The notes under the pieces were generated by a model. It saw only the letters and a list, made by a program, of their open reading frames with translations. It searched no databases and was not told where the DNA came from. Below, piece after piece: positions 52,910 through 64,000 of a stretch of DNA of 64,000 nt. The translations under genes were made by a program, and so were the position numbers. The stretch's first letter is position 1. Each line of letters starts with the position of its first letter. This DNA is from Octopus sinensis (taxonomy: Eukaryota). The DNA is taken from the NCBI RefSeq assembly GCF_006345805.1, contig NC_043012.1:6634001-6698000 (forward strand), in the 5' to 3' direction.

Positions 52910-53274
52910 CAACCCCAGACAGCGACCCCCTTGATTGCAACCCCCCAGACTGCAACCTCCTTGATTATTATGTGTGGGGTACAGTTGAGTAAGAGACCAC
53001 CAAAACTCCTTGCAACACCAAAGATGAACTGAAGGCAAAGATTATGACAGCATTCACAAACTTAGTCAAGGAGACCATGCAGAAAAGTTGCAGGATATTT
53101 CGAAGTCGTCTGGAGGCTGTGGTTGAAGCCAATGGTGATTTTATTGAACAAATTTACTCTTTAGTATTTCAAGATATTTTAATGTAATTTTGGTAAATAT
53201 ATCTGTTAAAATGAGACGTCAGAGTTATTTTCATTTTTGTGTAATTTACACAACAGTTTATTCATCGCAACCTG
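52910..53274 (+). mobile_element. Tc1/mariner-superfamily (maT-like) transposase 3' remnant with TIR
   Basis: PDCNLLDYYVWGTVE*ETTKTPCNTKDELKAKI...RSRLEAVVEANGDFIE; ends ...CAACCTG-TA. Confidence 0.8.
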
Positions 53275-53599
53275 TATGTATGCATATATATATAATAAAT
53301 TAATGACATGTCAGTAATTTCTCAATTGAATTAGCTACCAAGAATATGTCATTTATGCAAATCAGTGTATCTATTTAATAAAGACTTTAATTATAGTGGG
53401 TGGCCATAAATACAATATTACTACAGACAATTAGGCAACTGTGGCATGTATGTGCATATATATGCATACATATACATACATATACATACATACATACATA
53501 CACACATATACATATATGTAGGTATATGTGTGTATGTATGCATATATATGTGTGTGTGTGTGTATATACATACATATGTATATTTACATATACATACAT

Positions 53600-53640
<41 letters not shown>

Positions 53641-53699
53641 TATATATAATGTCAGTCGTTTATGATTGTTCCACTGTATTTAATTAGTGTAATTAATTC

Positions 53700-53895
53700 A
53701 CAGATGTAGCGTGGGCAGAAACCAATTATGAATATGTGGAGGTGACAAGTCGACTGCACTGGAATGGATGTGTGATGACAATTGGTCAAAGAAGTGTGAA
53801 TTGATCCAAGAGGGAGGAACTTGTTGAGAAAGACTGAGGATGACACGGGTAGAAAGTGTTGGGGGATGATCTCAAGAGGCTGAGGGTGAAAGTTA
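53700..53895 (+). mobile_element. Highly decayed RTE-like LINE C-terminal fragment
   Basis: Remnants RLHWNG, DDNWSKKC and GDDLKRL parallel the RRLRWYGHV...SCVKKC...KHDLRTL region of copy 1. Confidence 0.45.
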
Positions 53896-54238
53896 TCAAG
53901 GAGATGATAAGGGACTGTAGTATGAGACAGGAGGCTTTGTTGATAAAGGAAAATTAAAACCCTCACCCAGCTTATGCAAGCATGGGGAAACATATTTAAG
54001 ATGGTGGGGAGTAATGACGATCATGACGATGATAACGATGATGATGGCTGTGGTGGTGGTGGTGATGATAGTGGTGGTGGTGGTGGTGGTGATGATAGTG
54101 GTGGTGGTGGTAGTGGAGGCTGTGATGATGATGATGGTGATGATGGCTGTGGTGGTGGTGATGATGATAGTGGTGGTGGTGGTGGTGGCAGTTGTGGGTG
54201 GTAGTGTTAGTGATAAAGGTGGTGGTGATGGAGGCTGT

Positions 54239-54270
<32 letters not shown>

Positions 54271-54428
54271 GTGATGATGATGTTAGTGGTGGTGATGGTG
54301 ATGACAGTGTTGGTGATGGTGATAATGATGATGATGATGATGGTGATGATGATGTTTATGAGACATATCAAAGCCACAGAAGCCAAATAAAAAATGTTGT
54401 CAACTTATAAAATGGTGTTTGCCACTAA

Positions 54429-54462
<34 letters not shown>

Positions 54463-54466
54463 TATA

Positions 54467-54497
<31 letters not shown>

Positions 54498-54996
54498 CAT
54501 TATTATTACTATTTTTGTTTTGTTTTTGTTGTATTCCTGATATGATGAAATTCTGAATACCTGAGAATATTTAATCTTTTCTGAGAGACCATAACGAGCG
54601 AAGATGATTGTAAAATTAGCAAATAGTTTGCTAGATTGAAATATTGATTTTGGCCTCTTATATAAATATATTTTGGAAGATTACATACTAAACTTGTTTA
54701 CTCTGGGTACAGAGCTAATCATTGTGCTAGAAACACCAGTCAAATCTCTCTCCAGCAGCACCCTTCCAATCTCAACTCTCACTTTATATAGCTGACACCT
54801 TGAAGACTATGGGACACAATTCCCCATGAAAAGATCATCAGGCATGGCTGTGTGGTAAGAAGTTTGCTTCCCAACCATATGGTTCTGGTTTCAGTCCCGC
54901 TGCATGACACCATGAACAAGCGTCTTCTACTATTACCTCAGGCCGACCAAAGCTTTGTGAGTGGATTTGTTAGACGGAAACTGAACAAGACCCGTC

Positions 54997-55031
<35 letters not shown>

Positions 55032-55827
55032 TATATATAAAATGGACTCTCCCGTCATTAGACGACATATGAGGGTTTGACAATTTCTTATCAAACAACC
55101 ACACAGACGATTTGTTTATAGTGACCAAACATTTGTGTAGATGTCAGCTCACTCCCTCCATCAAATCAACATTACCTGTACAGGTACAACTGGATGCCAA
55201 ATGTCAGATGCTGAAATGATTGCAGAGAAATGTGAAATGAAGTGCTTTGCTCAAGAACACAACGCAAAGCCTGGAGTGGGAATCGAACCCACGATCTCAC
55301 AATTGTGAGTGCAACACTTTAACCACTAAGCCATGCTATATATCATCATCATCATCATCATCGTTTAACTCCGTTTTACATGCTGGCATGGGTTGGACAG
55401 TTCAACTGGGGTCTGGGAAGCCAGGAGGCTGCATCAGGCCCCAATCTGATTTGGCAGTGTTTCTATAGCTGTATGCCCTTCCTGATACCAACCACTCTGT
55501 GAGTGTAGTGGGTGCTTTTTATGTGCCACCAGCACAGGGGGCCAGAGGAGGCTGGCATCGCTCACGATCGGATGGTGCTTTTTACGTGCCACCAGCACAC
55601 ACACACACACATATATATATAGAGAGAGTAATATCATCATTATCATTTAATGTCCATCTTCTATGCTGGCATGGGTTGGATGGTTTGACTGGAACAGGTA
55701 AGGTTGAGGGATGCACCAGGTTCCATTATCTTCTCCAGCAAGGTTTCTACAGCAGGATTCTCTTCCTAACATCAACCATTCAAAAGAGTGTACTGGGTAC
55801 TTTTTATGTGGCAACAGCCCAAAAGCT

Positions 55828-55881
<54 letters not shown>

Positions 55882-56071
55882 CTTTTTTCAGTTTCTGTCT
55901 ACCAGATCTGCTCACAAAGCTTTGATCAGTCAGGGGCTATCATAGAAGACACTTGCCCCAGGTGCCATGTGGTGGAACTGGACCCAAAACCACACATTTA
56001 GGAAACAAACTTGCAAACTTCATAACTGTTCAACCATGCCTGCACCTGTGTGTGTGTGTGTGTGTTGTGTA

Positions 56072-56114
<43 letters not shown>

Positions 56115-56303
56115 GTTAGGGTCAAACATGTCCCCCACCAACATTACCATGCAGTCAATACCATTGACTCTTCTATGCAAGAATTGGTCTACAGAGTCAT
56201 CAATAATGCTATCATTATAAAGGAATAAAGGAAGTGTTCAGCAAGGAAGAAACTAAATTCTTGCATATGAATTAAAACCACCTCAAGCTGATATATATAT
56301 ATA

Positions 56304-56886
56304 AAGAGAGGTAGACCCAGGAAGACATGGGACAAAGTGGTGAAGCATCATCTACGAAATTTGGGCCTCACAGTGGTAATGATTAGTGACCAGAAACCTT
56401 TGGCGATATCCTGTGCTTGAGAAGACCCGTCAAGCCAAATGAAATTGTAGTCATGGCTGGTACTGATATCATATAACTGGCATATTTCGAGTATTGGGCC
56501 TCATGGAGGCAAAGTGGCTGATGCCCGTGGCATGTGAAAAGCTCCTTCAGAGTGCTGGGCCTCACGGAAGCAATGACGAATGACCAAAACTTTTGGCATT
56601 ATGTCGTGCTTGAGAAAAAGACCCATCAAGCCTAGTAAAATCACAGTCAAGACAGATATTGGTGTCACACAACTGGCACCCGTGCCAGTGGCATGTAAAA
56701 GCACCTATTACACTTTCAAAGTGGTTGGCGTTAGGAAGGGCATCCAGCTGAAGAAACTATGCCAAATCAGAATGGAGTTTGGTGCGGCCTTCCAGCCTTG
56801 CCAGCCCTGGTCAAACTATCCAACCCATGCCAGCATGGACAACAGACATTAAATGATGATGAAGATGATGATGATGATAATGATGA
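56304..56886 (+). mobile_element. Older RTE LINE 3' fragment
   Basis: Degenerate RGRPRKTWDKVVKH coding end, a divergent 3' UTR, the shared tail and (GAT)n. Confidence 0.8.
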
Positions 56887-57380
56887 TATTGATAGAATTG
56901 GTTAATAGGGATATATAAGCCTAGCAGGTACCATGTTTGCTTTTACTGGTTAACAATGCTGGCTAACCTCAGTGAATGTAGATGAATGCCAGTAAGTTTA
57001 CTTTACTATACTCGGTAAATCTTCACTTTGGTAAATTCCAAATGTACTTATAAAGACTGCATGGTGTCAGTAGAGAAGAAATGATAAATTAATAATGTTT
57101 ATTAATTTATATATATATATATAAATATATATATATAGAATGAGAATAAGTACTAGGCTTCCAAAGAATAAGTCCTGGAGTCAATTTGTTTGACTAAAGT
57201 TGGTGCTCTAGCATGGCCAGAGTCAAATCACTTAAATGAATAAAAGAATACAAGAATATAGATATAGATATACAGATAGAAATATACATACATATATGCA
57301 TATACATATGTGTGTGTGTGCATATAAATATATGTATGTGTGTGTGTATATGTATACATACATATATATATATATACATA

Positions 57381-57430
<50 letters not shown>

Positions 57431-57940
57431 CAATACCATACATTATATACGCACACACATATGTGTGTGTGTATTTATCTATTAGCTTATTTAGCAAGCT
57501 AGCGGACTATAAATTTGTCTCACTCTCTCTCTCTCTCTCTCTTCCTCTCGTTATGTCATGTGTTTAAGTAAGTTTGTATGCGAAGGATATACAGAACTGA
57601 GTGAACCATTGAGAGGTGCAAAGCATTTAATAAAAAAGATGTCGAGTTGCCAATAAATTTCCATTCCAAGCTGAAATTACATACCCTATAGCCATTAGTT
57701 TCACATTTTAATGAGATTCAATCAATCATTTAAACTAAATGACACACTTTTATATTTATAGACAAGTTAATTTATAAGACCATTCCATAAGAACATTAAC
57801 AATAGAAAAACTCTTTTGATGTAGTTTCTTTCATATATCTTTTAGTCAGTGGGGAAGGGGAAGGGGACGAGGGCAAGCAGCAGAATGTAGCTATGCTGGG
57901 GCTCTGCATTAAAGGGTTTAGGTGAACGAATCAACCCCTT

Positions 57941-58085
57941 ATTTACATAATTTACATTCAACGGATATTTGTCCTCATTTTGTTTACTGTTAACACAACG
58001 TTTTGGCTGATATACCCTTCAGCCTTTATCAGGCGTCCTGAGGAAATTTTGAACCTGGGTTCTCATTCCTAAGGTATTTTTCCGA

Positions 58086-58142
<57 letters not shown>

Positions 58143-58219
58143 CATTATTATTATTATTATTATTATTATATTATTCAGGTCACTGCCTGGAATTGAATTT
58201 GGAATCTTGGGGTTAGTAG
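57941..58219 (-). mobile_element. Inverted, head-truncated copy of the same element with a complete but mutated hammerhead fold (57992-58037)
   Basis: GACGC-CUGAUAA-A-GGCUG(10 nt)CAGCC-AAAA-CGU-U-GUGUU; G8A and G12A relative to the canonical core. Confidence 0.75.
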
Positions 58220-58285
58220 GAAGCGGTATTAAGGAAGGAAAATAATAGATTTATAAGCCCTAAAATTCACTCCACAATTGCCCAT

Positions 58286-58550
58286 GGGCACATGGCGTAG
58301 TGGTTAAGAGCACGGGCTACTAACCCCAAGACTCCAAGTTTAATTCCAGGCAGTGACCTGAATAATGATGATAATAATAACAACATGGAAAAATACCTTA
58401 GGAACGAGAACCCAGGTTTGAAATTTCCCCAAGACACCTGATGAAGGCTGGAAGGTATTAACAACAAACAAGATGAGGACAAATATCTGTCAAATTTAAA
58501 TAATGAAAATAATGTACATAATTCATCATCTCTTATGTATAGAACTGTAT
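58286..58550 (+). mobile_element. tRNA-headed SINE-like element with a hammerhead-containing 3' part (ribozyme 3' half deleted in this copy)
   Basis: A-box TGGCGTAGTGG, B-box-like GTTTAATTCC, an (AAT)n linker, then GACAC-CTGATGA-AGGCTG followed by a ~19-nt deletion relative to the inverted copy. Confidence 0.75.
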
Positions 58551-59779
58551 AAATCAACCCCTGTACTTATAGTTTAAGTCTATTGCTTATTCTGTCAATC
58601 TCTTTTGTTGAATGGCTAAGTTACAGGGGCAGGGACAAACATAAAGACACACTTGTATATATGCATTATTGATAAAAAAAAAGTATTCAAGAATTCATAT
58701 GTGAAGATATGGCAGTATGGTTAAGAAGCTCATGTTGTATACCTCATGTGCATGGGTTCAGTCCCACTGCATGGCATCTTGGGCAGGTGACTTCGTCAAT
58801 AGCTGGCAGACTTCCAGTTTCAATGTACCGAATTCACTCATAAGGTATTGGTTGGTCCAGGACAATAGTAGAAGACGCTTGCCAAAGGTACCTCACAATG
58901 GGATGGAACCCCAAAAAAAGCAAATAGTTGCAATCCGAGCATCTTATCCACACGGCCAAGCTTTTGATCATTGGTCTGCTCAGTAAGTGCAACTTGGGGA
59001 TTGAGTAGCAAAAACAATGACTGGGCAAATAAGGGCTTCCTCAGCATCATCACCACCACCACCACCACCACTACCATCCCCACCACCATCATAACATACT
59101 TTCCCATGTTTGCATGGTTTGGACAGAATTCGTTGCAGCAAATTTTCTATGCCTGGATGCCCTTCTTGTTGCCAACCTTCGCATGTTTCCAAACCAGGCA
59201 TTTCCCCGTGGCCCTGTTTGCAAAAGGTTCAAAACGAAAGACACCACTTGTATGATGGTGAAGCTTGTTTACAGCTATCACACATTGTCAAGTCATGGAC
59301 ACACACAAATACACACACACACACACACAAAAGGCTTCCATGCAGTTTCTGTCTACCAAATCCACTGAGAAGGCTTTGGTTGTCCTGAAACCAACCAAGT
59401 AAAAGACACTTACCCAAGGCGTCACAAAGTGGGGCTGAACCCAGAGCCATGTGGCTGGGTAAAGAACTTCTAACCTACTCAACTTGCCTGCTTTTATATA
59501 GTAATTCAAACTGCTAGAAAGAGCAACCAAATCCACCTCATATTATATGTTATCTTCTTGAAAAAACAAAAAAGGAAGTCACATACATAGGGCAATGAAG
59601 TTTCTGAAATACAAAATGATGAGATGGTCACAGTTGGAATGTCTTTGTTGATAAATCTGCTTGAACAGGGCTGACTAGGAGGCTAAACCACACAGCACCA
59701 ATACCACTGCCTATATAACTATGAACATAAGCTCTAGTACCACCACCACCACCAAAACAATAATTTTCCAATACATCAC

Positions 59780-60755
59780 ATCCACCAATCACATTGCCAT
59801 GACAACAACAAACACCACCACCACCACCACTCTACCACCTTCAGCCCTCCATTGCCATGTTTCTTACCATATGCATTATTGCCACTGCCAACAATACCAC
59901 CACCACCACCACCACCACCACCACCTCCACCACCACCACCACCACCACCTCCACCACCACCTCCACGGCCACCACCATTACCATCATCTCCACCCCCCAA
60001 CCACCACCATCACCACCTCCACCACTACCACTCAACAACAACAACAACACCCCCCACTGCCTTCCTGCTGCCTCTCAACCCCATATCACCTTCACCAGTT
60101 TCACTTTTCCCACCTTTAACGTTAACTCTTACAATACTACCACACAAACCACATCACCACCACCACCACCACCACCACCACCATCACCTTTGCCACAGTT
60201 TCATCCTTTCCATCTTTTAACATCAGCTCCTCCATACTGCCAAATCACACCACATCACACCATTCCTTGCCACTAACCACAGCCACCAACACCACAAAAA
60301 TCAACAACAACAAAAATCAACAACAACAACACTATCACCACCACTACCATCACCACCACCATCACCACCATCACCATCACCACCACCACCACCATCACCA
60401 CCACCACCACCACCACCACCATCACCACCACCACCACCATCACCAACACCAACACCAGCACAATTTCTTTTTCCAGCCTTTTAACATCAGCCCTGCCCAC
60501 TTATGGTACCACTGCCACTAGCCACAACCTACATTTACCATCAACCACCACCACCACTACCACTGCCACCAACCAGCACTATCGCCTCCACTCTACCACC
60601 AGTCAGCAGCACCAGCAGCAGCAGAACCACCATCACCAATAACACCAGCCAGCCAACTGGCCAACCATCGCCTAACTAATCATATATTTGGCAGTAATAA
60701 TAATGTTACTGATTCCAAGCAATATGCTAAACTTCTCGCTCCCCCCCTCTCTCTC

Positions 60756-60791
<36 letters not shown>

Positions 60792-61042
60792 CTGAAGCAG
60801 AAAACACAAAATCCAAGACAGTTTTTACATTTATTGCTTTTCATTGCTTCACAGGTTCTAATGAGCCATTACAAAATCACTGTCAAGTAGCAAGGTCTGT
60901 CTTCACTGAACACCAAAAACTAAACAAGCCAAAAACTCTAAGCTCCACCACCACCACCACCACCACCACCACCACCACCATTTTATTATTATTATTATTA
61001 TTATAATTATTATTATTATATTATTGTTGTTATTATTTATTA

Positions 61043-61077
<35 letters not shown>

Positions 61078-61115
61078 TATTATTATTATTATTATTAATT
61101 ATTATTTTATTACTA

Positions 61116-61146
<31 letters not shown>

Positions 61147-61166
61147 TACTATTATTATTATTATTA

Positions 61167-61212
<46 letters not shown>

Positions 61213-61260
61213 TACTATTATTATTACTATTATTATTATTGTTATTATTATTGTTATTAT
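59780..61260. repeat. Low-complexity block of (ACC)n/(CAC)n, (CT)n and (ATT)n. Similar microsatellites occur throughout, e.g. (ATT)n 3770-3915, (TA)n 16000-16122, (TCTA)n 21200-21310, (GGT/GAT)n 54010-54355, (TTCC)n 61660-61735
   Basis: Directly visible simple repeats; they explain most ORFs in the track. Confidence 0.95.
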
Positions 61261-62596
61261 GTGGCAGAAACTAACCACTCACAGCGGCTATGTCTACCCT
61301 CCTAACTACCCTAAACATCGTTCATTTACATAGCCATACTGAATCTAGCAAAAATGTCACTTGTTCATTCATCTCCTTCATTTTATTTCATTCAAACATA
61401 TATGTGCATTCATTCAATCATTCATTCATTCATTCATTTATTCAAATGAGAGAAGATGATGGATGGGAGAGGTGAAAGGAATGGATACAACATTGCCTTC
61501 TCTTTTTTTTATGTTTTTGTAATTAGTGATCTTTTTTTATTTGTTTTATTTATTTATTTATTCTATTTCAGATTTTTCTTTCTTTCTTTACTCCTTCCTT
61601 CCTTTTTTATTTCTCCCCTTCTTTTTCTTTCTCTCCTTCCTTTCGTTCCTTCTTTCTATCTGCCTTCCTTCCTTCCTTCCTTCCTTCCTTCCTTCCTTCC
61701 TTCCTTCCTTCCTTCCTTCCTTCCTTCTTTCCTTCCTTCACACACACACACACACACACACACACGTATACGACAACTCCTTTCAGCTTCTGTACTTGAA
61801 TCCACTCACGGGGTCAGATATGGGTGGGTTCATGGCTGTGGTAGAAAACATTCGCTTGAGGTGCCGTGCAGCAGGATTGAGCCCAGAACCATGTGGTTGG
61901 GGAGCAAATACCTCACCACACAGCCACGCCTGCACCTAACCACAACCAAAAATACATTTTCTGATAAATCTTTTTACTTTTTCCAAAACTATGGAATGTG
62001 TGTAATTTGAGGGAGATTTAACTACTGTTTCTAACAATTTGATCAATCATGCAGAGAATTACAATATGTTGATTAGAGCCAAATTCAGAATTTCATTAGT
62101 AAAATGGAATAAAATCTTCATAATAATACTCTTTTACTCTTTTAGTTGTTTCAGTCATTTGACTACGACCATGCTGGAGCACTGCCTTTAGTCAAGCAAA
62201 TCGAACGCAGGACTTATTCTTTGTAAGCCTAGTACTTATTCTATCGGTCTCTTTTGCTGAACAGCTAAGTTATGAGGACGTAAACACACCAGCACCGGTT
62301 GTCAACCGATGTTGGGAGGACAAACACAAACACACACACACACCATCTATATATAATAATATATATCTATTATATATATATATATATATATATAATATAA
62401 TATACATATATACATGGGCTTCTTTCAGTTTCCATCTACCAAATACACTCACAGGCTTTGGTCACCTGAGGCTATAGTAGAAGACACTTGCCCAAGTGCC
62501 ACGCAGTGGACTGAACCTGGAACCATGTGGTTGGTAAGCAAGCTACTTACCACACAACCACTCCTATGCCTATAAATAATAATGATAATGATGATG

Positions 62597-62675
<79 letters not shown>

Positions 62676-62712
62676 AATAATATAATATAATAATATCATA
62701 TAACAATAATTA

Positions 62713-62758
<46 letters not shown>

Positions 62759-63182
62759 TAATATAATAATAATAATAATAATATATAATAAATAATATAT
62801 ATAATAATAATAATAATAATGATAATCATAAAAACTAATGCAATAATAATATTGATAATAGCAATGTTTTTTTCTTTGTTTTATTGGGGTTTTTTCTCTC
62901 TAGCGTCAGCCTCTCTCTCCATCACTGCTTATGTATTTCTTGAGTTAGGTTTCAGTTATTTTGAAAATATCAAAAGTTGTCGAAGTTCTCAGGAACTGGG
63001 AAAGTTCAGCTAAGGGGCTGGGTCTGCAATACAATAGCGCCAAGTACACTTCAAAAGTCACAAACAAGAATAGGATGAGCTTTATAATGGCATGAGGGTA
63101 TAGAGGTACACGAGTACCCACCCTGCAGTGGAAAACAAAACATTTAAGTGCAAATGATGGGGATGATGATGATGCTGATGAT

Positions 63183-63372
63183 GAGGATGATGAGGGTGAT
63201 GAGGGTGTTGTTGGTATTGGTGAGGATGATGATGATGATGATGAGGAGGATGATGAGGGTGATGAGGGTGTTGTTGGTATTGGTGAGGATGATGATGATG
63301 ATGATGATGAGGATGATGAGGGTGATGAGGGTGTTGTTGGTATTGGTGAGGATGATGATGATGATGATGATG
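63183..63372 (+). repeat. Three 63-bp tandem units embedded in (GAT)n
   Basis: GAGGATGATGAGGGTGATGAGGGTGTTGTTGGTATTGGT(GAG)(GAT)n starts at 63183, 63246 and 63309. Confidence 0.9.
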
Positions 63373-63527
63373 TTGATCCTTGTGATGGAGAATGTAGTGT
63401 TTATTCGCGATTAAGATGAAATGATTGGAATAATTGAAACAATTTTGATAATTATTGAGATGACAATGATGATGATAATGATAATGATGATGATGATGAT
63501 GATGATGATAATGATAATGATGATGAT

Positions 63528-63575
<48 letters not shown>

Positions 63576-63958
63576 AAGACAAAGATGAAAATGAGGGTGA
63601 TTGCGATGGGTGTGATGATGACGGTGTTGACAATTGCGATGAAAACGATGATTATGAACATGATAATTGGGACACATGCAATAGTGATAATTATGCTGCA
63701 GCTACTGCTGCTGCTGCTGCTGCTACTGATAATGAGGATGATGATGGAGATTATGATGATGACAATATTTATGATGCCCTGCTGTATAAACTAACCTTTA
63801 ATTCTCAGGAGCTGGTGTCTTTCAATGGCATTCCAACCAAACACTCTCTTGTCCCCTTCAACCTTCCCTTTTTTCCTCCTCCTTCTCCTCTTATCCTTCT
63901 TTCTTCTCACCCTTAGATGTAATTTTTCTTGATATCAACCACCCCCAGAATTACAAAG

Positions 63959-63993
<35 letters not shown>

Positions 63994-64000
63994 TTCTTTT

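Overview
AT-rich, microsatellite-dense eukaryotic DNA. The SINE, RTE and Penelope repertoire looks like an Octopus (cephalopod) genome; this is an inference, since no database was searched. Almost all long ORFs in the track are microsatellite artefacts. The real coding remnants are all from transposons: RTE-clade LINE copies (one family carries a PHD-like finger after the RT), a Penelope GIY-YIG endonuclease flanked by 302-bp inverted pseudo-LTRs, and mariner/Tc1 transposase tails. There are dozens of tRNA-derived SINE copies from at least four families, plus several MITEs (Tc1-, pogo-, hAT- and piggyBac-type). No host gene could be identified; only weak candidate exons were found, the best at 38950-39047 (+). 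The main observations are: (1) a set of small (TA)n-embedded, often fold-back elements carrying minimal type I hammerhead ribozyme folds, including a U3-A8 core variant in the Penelope pLTR; (2) a tRNA-headed, hammerhead-tailed SINE-like element inserted as an inverted pair with one 11-bp TSD; (3) a full-length U6 snRNA/RTE 3'-end chimeric retrocopy; (4) an LTR plus exactly 18 nt of tRNA-Trp PBS flanked by a 15-bp duplication, resembling a captured plus-strand strong-stop cDNA. All structures were derived by eye, and SINE boundaries are approximate.
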